Source of the DNA: Eledone cirrhosa
Lineage: Eukaryota
DNA: 64,000 nucleotides
Direction: 5' to 3'
Assembly: GCA_964016885.1 (NCBI GenBank)
Contig: OZ024742.1
Coordinates: forward strand, 256,370,001 to 256,434,000
Shown: positions 1 through 11,883 of the stretch, in pieces
How positions within the stretch are numbered: the stretch's first letter is position 1
Layout: each line of letters starts with the position of its first letter
The notes under the pieces: model-generated
Seen by the model: the letters and a program-made list of their open reading frames with translations, nothing else
What the model was told of the DNA's origin: nothing
The model's database searches: none
Translations under genes and position numbers: made by a program

Positions 1-692
1 AATATAAATTCGGTGGAATCGTGAACGAGATAATAAAGACCATCAAACCTGGTTGAAATGTGAGCAAGGAAGGAATTTCGCACAGGTCTAACGGGAGGAA
101 GAAGGGGTCTGGTCTGCGAATTCGGTAAACATAAGTTCTGTGAAGTCGCAGACGAAAGAGAGAGAAAAAAAATTCATGCCGGCTTGGCCAAGTACCCGCG
201 AGAAAAGGATTACGGACAGGTCAAACGGGAAGAAAGGGGAAGAGGAGAGGTAGTGACAGAGAGTGAGTGAGTGAAAGGTGAGGAAGAGGCTAACAGAGAG
301 AGAGAGAGAGACTGCCAGAAAGGGTAAAGATACAAAGAACGAAACAGACTGGTGGCAGCGGAGGAAAAAATATATGTGTAAATATGATAATAATGGAGCT
401 GGGCGCTGCAAATGGGTTTCACTTTCTGTTGCTTAAACCATTTTGTTTGTTTACCCTAGCGTCCCCCTTATTTACGTGTCCCGACGACTCTTTTTAGCCG
501 TTGCTCGCACCAACCTGAGGTATATGGCCTTTAATGCGACGAAATGCCTACGACGGTTGGAAGGCCACTCATGAGGACAAACTTTTTCATATATATGTAT
601 ATATATATATATATAACGAAGGAAATGTGGTAAGGAACCAGATGGACCATAACGCACCAAATTACTCAATACTTAGGCTAATAGAGTGGGTA

Positions 693-800
693 ATAGGAAC
701 GAGTAGGACCCCACGGCTGAGCTCAAGCCGTATCGACGGCTAATTCTGCACAATTAACCGTCGAAACGGCTTGAGCTCAGTCGTCGGGGTCCTACTCGTT

Positions 801-805
<5 letters not shown>
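693..805. mobile_element. Short near-perfect palindrome, MITE-like
   Basis: ATAGGAACGAGTAGGACCCC...AATT-ctgcac-AATT...GGGGTCCTACTCGTTCCTAT. Arms of ~53 bp differ at about 4 positions; TA lies at both ends. Confidence 0.65.
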
Positions 806-856
<51 letters not shown>

Positions 857-1196
857 TAAAAACAGCACACAATGACAAGGCAACATACAGTTAAAGGGTT
901 GGAGCAAACAAACCGGGAACAAAATAAACAAGATAACAGGTATTAGACGAAAGGTATGAAATTTGTGCACATGAATATGCAGAATGTGATTACAGTGGGG
1001 ATGTTTACGCCAACCTGTTAAATACGAAGGGATCTGACATTTCGGATGACAACCGTAATGAAATTCTTAGCCTATAATAAAAGCAGTACAGAACAAGAAA
1101 TAAGAAAACATATTGATAGGATACCAAGTCTGTTAATGTCGCTTGAATGGCTACACTCTCACTAATGCACAAATATATACATACACACAGACAAAC

Positions 1197-1227
<31 letters not shown>

Positions 1228-1275
1228 GAAAGGATAAAAAGGACGATTGATTATTCCCTCATTGCATTTATTGAT

Positions 1276-1363
1276 AGGTGACGCGCGTTTCGCCACTGAT
1301 CAGCTCAAGGTTCGATCTATATCGATCCTACCCGACTCAATATTCGGCAGCTCGACGGACCCT
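1276..1363 (-). ncRNA. Degenerate type I hammerhead-ribozyme-like motif, putative 3' end of a Penelope-like element
   Basis: Minus strand reads GGGT-CCGTCGA-GCTGC...GTGGC-GAAAC-GCGC-GTC-ACCT followed by AATAAA. The core deviates from CUGANGA at two positions. Confidence 0.4.
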
Positions 1364-3489
1364 CTTAAAATGCTATAAGAAAATGAAATACATGCTATGT
1401 GGTAAAGTCAGTGTTTCAAGAGTTTGACAAAATGAGATGTTTTGATTGGTGAGAAGGATCAAGGCGATGTACTGGCCTGTAGTGTATATGGGGGTGGGTG
1501 TGATGGTGAGATGTTGGTGACGGTCTGTGGATGAGGTGGGATGTGGTGTGGTGGTGGTGGTTTGGCCTTGGCATGTAGAGTATGTGGGGGTGGATGTGAA
1601 GATATGGTGGTGGTTAAGGTTATTTAGTGGGATGGGCTGTGGTGTGAGGTTAGTGGATTGTCAGTAGACGGGTTGGCATGTGGGTAGGGGTGTGGTAGTG
1701 GTGCCTTTGTCTATGGTAGCGGCGTTTTTGGTGGTATGGTGGATGTATTGGTGGCGTCAGGTCCTTACATAGATACATAGTTAGACGCTCTTCGTCTGAC
1801 AGATACCTTGTATATACGTATACGTACACACATATATGTATTTAGTGCACATATATTGTTGTATAAACACACACAAACCACAACATAAGACACATACGCA
1901 CATCCTTGCCCACACATATCGGCATACGCTCACACACAGCCATATGTATATGTACACACATGTATGTGCATGCGCGCATGCGGACACGAATATGGAGAGT
2001 GGGGGAGTATCGGTGGGGGTGGCGAACGACAGAGCTGGGGGGAAGGTGAGAGGCGATGTAGAAGGTGTTTTATATATATACATACACATACATACACTTG
2101 GGTATGGGCACATGGACTCACACTCATGTATGCAAGATATACACATACCTACTCGCACACACGTATACTCACACATATATATATATACACATATATATAT
2201 ATATATATATACACACACATGTACCGACAACACACACATACACGCACATATACACATACATCCACATGTATGAGCTCACCTACACATACAGTCAGATTTA
2301 CCCATATACATATATGTAGACGTACACATACACACACATATATACACATACATATATACACACACATACACATATGCATACACATACACATATGCATACA
2401 CATATATATATATACACAGATATATATATACACACACATAGACATATGTATATACATGTGTTCACATACACACACACACACATACAGATAAATTTGCGTA
2501 CACGCACGCACACTTAAAACGCCCATATGAGTAAAATACTTACACACAGACACACACACTATTGTTGGTTGGGGAGTGGAGGTATGTTTTGTCGGTGTTG
2601 ATGAAGTATGGAGTTGTGTTTTGTGGTGGTGGCGGTGGAGTTGTGAGGGACAAAAATATATATACCGGATCGAATACCGGTTAAAAGGTGACATAGGGAA
2701 CGCGGGGGAAAAGCGTTTATGGACATACGGCGATGTGTGTTGTGGACATGGTGATGGTGGTGGTGCTGGGGTGATATGTTCGGCAAGATGATTACATGGT
2801 AGGCAGACGGGGGGTGGGGGGTATATAATACAGTCGATTTGGGAGCGAAGGATGATATGTGTTGATGATGTAATGATAATGATTGTTGAAGTATGTGGAT
2901 GTATTTAGTGGTGGCGGTGGTTGTGTGTGCGTGCGACAGTACAGTTACAGGGTAAAATTTAGCGTGGGGTTGCAATTTAGGGTAGATAGAGGGAACATGG
3001 GGGATGAGGATGTAGGCGTGTATGGTATGCACATGACGACGTGTGGTGTGGTGGTGGTGGCGATGGTGTGATATGATCGACATTGTATTTACAAGGTCTC
3101 TTGTCATTATGGATTGCAAGGTAGAACGTATCATATGGTACCGATTTAATACGATGTTGCAACTATGAGGTGTGTATGTTGATGTGAATGTTGGTGGTGG
3201 TGATGGTGATGTATGCGGCATGATATACAAATGGGGGCTTAGAGATGGTAAGATGGAGTACAATACAATAAGTTCATTGAGGTGGGCGATGTTGAGACGG
3301 GGTAAAGGTGGTTGTTAATATGGTGTGTCATGGTTAGTGTGATTTTTGGTGTGGGTTATGTATGCGGCATGATATACAAAATACGGGCTTACATAAGGTT
3401 AAATTCAATGAAATGAAATAAGATAAAGTGAAGTTAGATTAGAATTAAAGTTCGTTTAGTTGGGCGATACGGGGCAGGTGTGGTTATTA

Positions 3490-4279
3490 TTATGGTGGGT
3501 CATGGTTAGTGCGTGGTCTTCCCGCGAAAGTTTGTGCAGAAAAGGTGTGCATCCTAGTGTGTCTGCAATTGACAATTATGTCCGACCTATAGTTTATGGC
3601 GGAATCAAGTTTAATTATTTCCGCCGCCTCAGCTAGGCACAATCTGCAGTGGTTTCTGTCACTGGGGATGTATGCCACATGTCTTTTTACTGACCACGAG
3701 ATCCAGGGTTCAATATTCCTGTCCTTGAGGTTCCATATCAGATCGGCCAGTTTAGTTTGAGGTCGTTTCGATCTATGTTTGAAGGAGCTTAGTGGATGTC
3801 GCACCTATATATGAGTACTCCTTATTGCCGGCAGTGACATCGCACCGGTAAACAATATTCTTAACGAGGCACTCCCCGTTTAGTGGGCATTCGTCTCGTT
3901 TTTTGCAGTTGAATTTGGGAGTAACCGGTGCGGTGCAACGTTGGCGGTTGGTGTCATGCGGTGTTGGTGTGGTGTGTGTGTTGTTGTGTTGTGTTGTGTG
4001 TGTGGTTTCGTTCTGGGTTGTGGTGGTGGTTTGTTGTGGGGAAACCATGTGTTTTCTTACTTTTGCCCTATTATTTTGTGCTATTGTGTGGCCTAGGTTT
4101 GGTGCTGTGGAGAAAGAGAATTTTACTGTGTGTTTATTGAAGAGCTTGTGGTATTCGTGTGTGTGTGGAAAAGATTGTTCGAGGGCCCTGAAAAAGGTTC
4201 CCGGTATGCCCCCAAAATATCCGTGGGTAGGAATAAGGAAAAAAGAAAAAATTGCTAAGGCTAGTGAAAGAGATTTCAT
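3490..4279 (-). pseudogene. Penelope-like element C-terminal region (linker plus GIY-YIG endonuclease), frameshifted; probably Naiad-type
   Basis: ORFs 3773-4279 and 3490-3804 contain TFFRALEQSFP..KLFNKHTVKFSFS, NCKKRDECPLNGECLVKNIVYRC..YIGAT, TKLADLIWNLKD, CRLCLAE and NYRSDIIVNCRH. No RT is adjacent. Confidence 0.85.
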
Positions 4280-4448
4280 TTAGTATCTATTTATGTTTAT
4301 ATTGTTCATACACGTAACATGTATTGCGTTAACTCGTGTTTCAAGGTCGTATTTTTGGAGCGCCTCTCTAAGCATCCTGCAGTACTACGTATAGTATGCA
4401 ATGGAGCCATAACTGGACCTTGAAACCTGAGGTAATACATTATATATA

Positions 4449-5438
<990 letters not shown>

Positions 5439-5481
5439 TATATATATATATATGTCTGTGTATGTGTATCTGTGTGTGTTT

Positions 5482-5516
<35 letters not shown>

Positions 5517-5766
5517 AGTGTGTGTGCGTGTGTGTGTGTGTAGGTGTGTGTGTGTACACATGTACATATATGGACCTTTAAACCCGAGGTAACTCAATAT
5601 ACGTTACGTGTAAGAACAATATGAACGTAAATATAACTAACTCAAATCTCTTTCACTAGCCAGCCCCGAAACGAATATTAAAATTTTCAATTTTCTATTC
5701 TCTTTGCCTTATCTTTCACTATATGTTGGGATTCAACGTATCCTTGTTAAGTAAATATGTGGAAGC

Positions 5767-5837
5767 CACCTGATGAGATCGTCTTGTCTTGCATCATAAT
5801 TGGATGATGGAGGTGGGTCACTGAAATATATATAGTG
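5767..5837 (+). ncRNA. Hammerhead-like motif (minimal type I)
   Basis: CAC-CTGATGA-(long stem II)-GAAA-TATATA-TA-GTG. Stem II closing pairs are imperfect. Confidence 0.35.
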
Positions 5838-6110
5838 ATTTCACGGAATTAAACTTTTAAAACAAATGTTCTAGTCCGGCCACTGTTGTTGTTTAATGAC
5901 TATATATATATACAAGAACACACACACACATACACACAGAGGATGTTGTACATGGCCAACGGCATATCCCAATGATTGCCTAATTGCACCTATGATTCCG
6001 TAAACACCTGAGGAAGTCACATGAATAACCATGTGACAGAAATATGTATCATGCAGTAAATAATATTGGTTAAGTAATCCTGTCTTATGTACCATTATTT
6101 GATAGAACGA

Positions 6111-6300
6111 GGCGGTGAATTGGCAGTATCGGTAGAGGGTTGGACGCCTTGCTTTCTAGCATAGTTACGTCCCTTTACAGTCTGAGTTCAAATCCCGCCG
6201 AGGTTAACTTTGCCTTTCATCCTTACGGGGTCGATAAAATAAAGTACCAGTAATGTACTGGATAATTGCTGGCCTTGTGCCTAAATTAGAAACAATTATT
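6111..6300 (+). mobile_element. tRNA-derived SINE with Deu/Nin-like central domain
   Basis: A box GGCGGTGAATTGGCAG, B box GAGTTCAAATCCC, core GCCTTTCATCCTTACGGGGTCGATAAAATAAAGTACCAG and tail GGCCTTGTGCC..AGAAACAATTATT. Many copies occur in the window. Confidence 0.85.
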
Positions 6301-6311
6301 TGATAGAACGA

Positions 6312-6452
6312 GGGCGGTGGATTGGGTGTATCGGTAAAGAACCGTACATTATGCTTTGCAGCATAGATTTACGGTCCTTTACAGTAAGAGTTCAGGTTAA
6401 CTTTGCCTCTCATCTTTACGGGGTCGATAAAATAAAGTACCAGTCACGTACT
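6312..6452 (+). mobile_element. Second, internally deleted copy of the same SINE
   Basis: Same head and core as 6111-6300; part of the B-box region is missing. Confidence 0.8.
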
Positions 6453-6793
6453 GATGGTCCATTGCCAGGTTTTAAAATGCCCTAGTAACGCTGTATATCA
6501 ATACAACGCCTCTACGATTCCCTAAGAATTTACGGGACCGTGCATGCATGCATATTCATACATATTTGATATTTTAACTAATTCTCACTGATTAATTTGT
6601 CGTACATATATAATACGTTTGTCTTTGTTTTTTACCTTTCTCTTTCTTTCTTCCTCTTGCTCTCGCACTCTTCAGCACAAATTCACAACAATTCCCACCA
6701 AGCTGAAACACACGCCTGTATATATATGCTTACATATGTGTGTACTTTTCTCGTTTGTTTGTGTATGCATGGATTTATGTATCTATAAACATA

Positions 6794-7292
6794 TGTACAG
6801 CCACCGGAAATAACATCTGTGAAATATACAGCGCCATCTACCTGTTAGCTAGCTACCTCAACGTGAAACAAAAGAACCCTTAAAACCTACCAGCATAAAC
6901 GCCTACACATCGGCTAAACATCAAACGATTATTCCTGTTTAAATAGAGTGGTTCCAAACACTCCAGCAGTCGACATTTTGCAGAGTCAACTCGCGTATCG
7001 TTGTTCCTCACCTCTGCCACGCTTTGTCACTCACACACGCCTTGTAACTCGTATCGTCGCTTCATGTGAAAATAAATAGCTGATTGAATTTACATCTCGC
7101 CTTGCTTCGTCCTTTCAACTTGTGCTTTCGTCTGTCCATCCTCAACAGTTCTTTCAAGGGCTATATGCGACAACAGTCCCTTTAAGGGCTATCTTCAGAT
7201 CTGATCAGATCGTATGCGATAACAGTCCTTCTAAGGGCTATTCTCGGATCTGATCAGAATTAGTGACCAGACTGACTAACCACGTCACTATA
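6794..7292 (+). repeat. 5' LTR
   Basis: Matches 11395-11883 with roughly 20 differences counted by eye. Contains AATAAA and three AACAGTCCTTTAAGGGCTAT-like repeats. Confidence 0.95.
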
Positions 7293-7294
7293 AT

Positions 7295-7311
7295 TGGTGA
7301 CCCAAACGTGA
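7295..7311 (+). promoter_or_regulatory. Primer-binding site, tRNA-Trp
   Basis: TGGTGACCCAAACGTGA versus the canonical Trp PBS TGGTGACCCCGACGTGA (15/17), starting 2 nt after the LTR. Confidence 0.85.
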
Positions 7312-7351
7312 GTCGAACGCGCAACCAGACAGCACCTAAGAAAATATCAAC

Positions 7352-7700
7352 ATGGACATGTCACAAACGACAGAGGCAGAGATTTAAGAGCTGCGGGCTA
7401 TGATCAGAGAGCGGGCTGGTCCAATTAAAGCCCTCGCAAATCAAGTAGAGAACTTGACCTTTCAAACACACCGGCGACGCAGCAACAGTCGATCCAGGCC
7501 TTTTCACAGTCGAAGATCCAGAAGTCCCAGTCAAAATCGTGTGCCTGGCAACCTCTTTTGGTATCACTCACATTTCGGCGCACAGGCATCTAAGTGCAAA
7601 GCCCCGTGCTCTTTCCGGAATACCACCCAGGGCCTACCGACGACGTTCACCCCTGGTACTGAAAAGAAAAGTCGTCTATTTTTTATTGACGACCAGGAGA
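7352..7700 (+). pseudogene. gag: Very short gag remnant (RS-rich region plus CHCC-type motif)
   Basis: RRRSNSRSR..RSRSPS..LFWYHSHFGAQASKCKAPCSF corresponds to Cx2Hx9Cx3C with the first Cys replaced by Phe. In-frame stop near 7384. Confidence 0.75.
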
Positions 7701-10700
7701 GAGGCATCCGTTACCCCGTGGATACAGGAGCCCAGTTGGTGTTATTCCTGTTTCACTAATCTCGGGCAAAAGACACCCAACACCGTCCTTTCTGCAGGCA
7801 GTGAACCGATCGTCAATTCCGACTTTCGGGGAAAAATCCCTGACCCTCAATTTAGGCCTGAGGCGGCGTTTTCAATGGGTGTTCGTCGTGGCAGACCTGC
7901 CGACCCCTATCCTAGGAGCCGATTTTCTCCACCACTTCAACCTTCTGGTGGATATGAAGAACCGGAGGCTTATCGACACCACCACAAACCTCACTGTGAG
8001 AGGTATATTTACCACGCAATCCACAGTGAGCCCTGTAATTTGCCAGTCAGAGCCTTTGCGGTACACCGGCATTCTCCAGAAATACTCAGACATCACTCGC
8101 CCGGTATTTAAGGATGGTCACATTAAGCATAGTGTCACGCACCACATCGAGACAAAGGGACCACCCACAGCTGCCCGACCAAGGAGACTGCCTCCAGACC
8201 GATTGATAATCGCCAAGCAGGAGTTTCAACACATGCTGGACTTCGGAATCATTCGCCCTTCCTCCAGCAACTGGTCTGAACCCCTACACCTTGTTCCAAA
8301 ACAAACGAGAATGATTGGCGACCATGTGGAGATTATCGTGCACTTAACAATTCTACAGTGCCCGATAATTACCCTGTACCTCATCTGCACGATTTGTCTG
8401 CCTCTCTGCAAGGCGCACGCATCTTTTGCAAGGTAAATTTGGTGCGTGCATATAACCAGATACCTATGGAGCCTGCAGACATTCCGAAGACTGCAATCAC
8501 AACACCGTTCGGTTTATTCGAATTTCTGCGAATGCCGTTCGGTCTGCGCAACGCTGCACAAACTTTTCAGCGGTTTATTGACACCGTGTTACGCGATCTA
8601 CCATTCGTATATGCGTATATTGACGACGTGCTGGTAGCAAGTAGTTCCGAGCATGAACACGAGAAGCACTTATATCTCCTTTTCCGACATTTGGCTGAGT
8701 ACGGTATCATCATCAACCCCAGCAAGTGCCTTCTCAGCGTTCCTTCACTGTCCTTTCTCGGGCACATCATCGATAAAGACGGCCTTCGTCCACTTCCCGG
8801 GAAAGTAGAAGCTATCCGCAGTTTTCCCGCACCTACATCACTTCGGAAACTGCGTGAATTCCTCGGTCTGGTGAATTTTTATAGGCGGTTCATCCCTCAT
8901 TGTTCCGACGAAGCCAGACTCCTCACGGACCTTCTTCGTAACCGGACTCGCAAAAACGAAGAGATCACTCTAAACGAGGAAGAATTAACATCTTTTAACC
9001 ACCTGAAGGAAATGTTGGCAAACGCTTCCATGCTCGTTTTCCCCAGGTCTCGCGCTCCTCTTTCGATGCTAATGGACGCATCAGACACGGGGGTTGGAGG
9101 CGTTTTACAACAACATGTCGACGGCGTGTGGCAACCCTTATCCTTCTTTTCTAAGCGGTTGCAACCGGCAGAAATGAAATACAGTACCTTTGGCCGCGAA
9201 CTCTTGGCAACCTATCTTTCGCTTAAGCATTTTCGGCACATGCTCGAAGGATCAGATTTCGTGATCTACACGGACCATAAACCATTAGTTTATGCGTTCC
9301 GTACCAAATCTGATCGACATTCACCGAGAGAACTCCGACACCTGGATTTTGTCTCCCAATATTCAACTGATATTCGGCACATAAAGGGACCAGACAACGT
9401 AGCAGCCAACGCCCTGTCCCTAATCCAGCTGAACGCAATACATGTGCATTCAGACATCGACCTTCAACAGATCGCAGCTGACCAAGAGACTGACGAAGAG
9501 TCTATCAAGCTCCGAGATTCGCCATCCCTCAAGTTTCAGCAAGTTCCCATTCCTTCTTCTCCGGGACAAATTTGGTGCGACCTTTCTACCGGTCATGAAC
9601 GACCGTACGTACCACAGATGCATCGTCGACAAGTTTTTTCTGCTTTACACTGCTTGTCTCACCCGGGAATCCGAGCTACACAGAAACTCATCTCTGCTCG
9701 TTTTGTGTGGACTAACATTAACAAGGACGTGCGCGACTGGTCCAGAAGCTGCATTGCCTGCTAGAAAGCCAAAGTTCACAGACACATCAAAACTCCACTC
9801 GGCACATTCGCGCAACCTGATGCACATTTTCATCATGTGCATATCGACATCATCGGACCTCTACCACCATCACAGAACTACACACACTTGCTCACCTGCA
9901 TAGATCGATTTTCTCGTTGTCCTGAGGCTTTTCCCATAAATGATACCTCAGCGGAAACAGTCGCTAAAACTTTGATTTTACATTGGGTATCACGTTATGG
10001 CGCGCCAGCGAAGATAACAAAGGAAAGAGGATGCCAATTTGACTCCCACCTCTCCAGGGAACTGACTCGCCTGTTAGGATATAAACACATCCGCACGACA
10101 GCTTATCACCCGCAGGCTAATGGTCTCGTGGAAAGATTCCATCGCCAATTGAAAGCTGCAATAAAAACATATCCAGACAAGACCCACTGGTTTGAATACC
10201 TACCACTCATCCTTCTGGGCATTCGACCAACCGTTAAAGAGGAATTCGGACACACACCTGCAGAATTAGTGTACGGCACCACCCTGGTTCTACCTGGTCA
10301 GCTGGTTGCTCCCATCTCTCCTCAGGATGTTCCAGACCCTGGATCATACGTACACCGTCTTCGACAATATATGTCTCACCTTGCTCCTGCAAGCACCCGT
10401 CAACAGAACACGGCCACACACGTACCTTCAGACATTAAAGATTGGACACACGTTTTCGTTCGAAACGACACCATCTCAGCTCATCTTCGACCTCCATATT
10501 CTGGCCCTTATCGTGTTCTAAAAAAATATCCGAAATATTTTATTCTCGATCTAGATGGTAAACAGAATTCTGTCAGCGTGGACAGATTAAAAAAAGCCAT
10601 CATAGATACTGTTACAGTCTCTACACCAGAAACCCCAACAGATTGCTGTCTCAGCGAGCCACCCGTTTCATCTCCAGTCACGAGAAGCGGACGACGCGTC

Positions 10701-10706
10701 CATTAG
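7670..10706 (+). pseudogene. pol: pol (protease, RT, RNase H, integrase) with frameshifts and stops
   Basis: VDTGA and ILGADFL (protease); MPFGLRNA and YIDD (RT); DAS, RELLA and TDHKPL (RNase H); H..SHPG..C..C, HIDIIGPLP, NGLVERFHR and GPY (integrase). Confidence 0.95.
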
Positions 10707-11394
10707 CCCGCAAAGTTGGCACAATATGTGAATTACCGTTAACCTCAAGTGAGTTTCTTAATCAGTCTTCGTGCAAAACATTTCCTTTTTTCATGTGTTT
10801 ACTATTTCCAATTTCAAATATAATGAACTTTCTGCTTGAACAATTGCAAGTTTTAGTGACCATGTGCTCATGTCACGAAGAACATTATTTATAATGAACA
10901 TTATTTATTACAAACTCTATTTAAGAACATTGTGTATATCATTGTGTATAACATTTTTTTTTTCTTCAGTCTCTTGTTTTGCAAACATTTATATTTGTCT
11001 TGTTCTGTAACATTGATTGTGTAATTGCCATAATTTTTATATACATACAAGGCGTGTACATATCCTGTTTTTCATGCACACTACAAAACCATGTTTGTTT
11101 CACCTTTTGGTTCATACACTGAACAATAGATATTTGAGTCCCTCTAACTCTAGGCTCATTCATCACGCCTGCATAAATCTGGTCAAAGTCATTTTATAGT
11201 TTATTTCTTTTTTCTCTTCCTGACACACACATCTTGCCATATCATCTCTACATCGACTCTGTCCTGTACTCGATGATCACAACATTTCACAACGTGCTGG
11301 ACACTCCTGGGGCTATTGTCATGACAGATGCACCACTGGCCCATTACTATACGATGTTTCGCTCTTTTGTTGTACAAAAGATCAGGCAGGGTTA

Positions 11395-11883
11395 ACCGGA
11401 AATAACATCTGTGAAATATACAGCGCCATCTACCTGTTAGCTAGCTACCTCAACGTGAAACAAAATAACCCTTAAAACTACCAGAATAAACACCTACACA
11501 TCGGCTAAACATCACACGATTATTTCTGTATAAATAGAGTGGTTCCAAACACTTCAGCAGTCGACATTTTGCAGAGTCAACTCGCGTATCGTTGTTCCTC
11601 GCCTCTGCCACGTTTTGTCACTCACACACGCCTTGTACCTCGTATCGTTGCTTCATGTGAAAATAAATAGCTGATCGAATTAACATCTCGCCTTGCTTCG
11701 TCCTTTCAACTTGTGCTTTCGTCTGTCCATCCTCAACAGTTCTTTTAAGGGCTATATGCGACAACAGTCCTTTTAAGGGCTATCTTCAGATCTGATCAGA
11801 CCGTATGCGATAACATTCCTTCTAAGGGCTATTCTCGGATCTGATCAGAAGTAGTGACCAGACTGACTAACCACGTCACTACA
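11395..11883 (+). repeat. 3' LTR (first ~9 nt altered)
   Basis: Direct repeat of the 5' LTR, ending CACTACA. Confidence 0.95.

Larger units (their letters stand above)
6794..11883 (+). mobile_element. Ty3/Gypsy LTR retrotransposon, CsRn1-like lineage, defective
   Basis: Paired LTRs, TG...CA outer ends, 4-bp TSD CATA (6790-6793 and 11884-11887), tRNA-Trp PBS, CHCC-type Gag motif and PR-RT-RH-IN domain order. Confidence 0.95.

Noticed and set aside
6111-6200. tRNA gene
   Set aside because: The A and B boxes belong to a SINE head; there is no complete cloverleaf.
10707-11394. Possible env-like third ORF in the Gypsy element
   Set aside because: Only short AT-rich ORFs occur, with no glycoprotein features.
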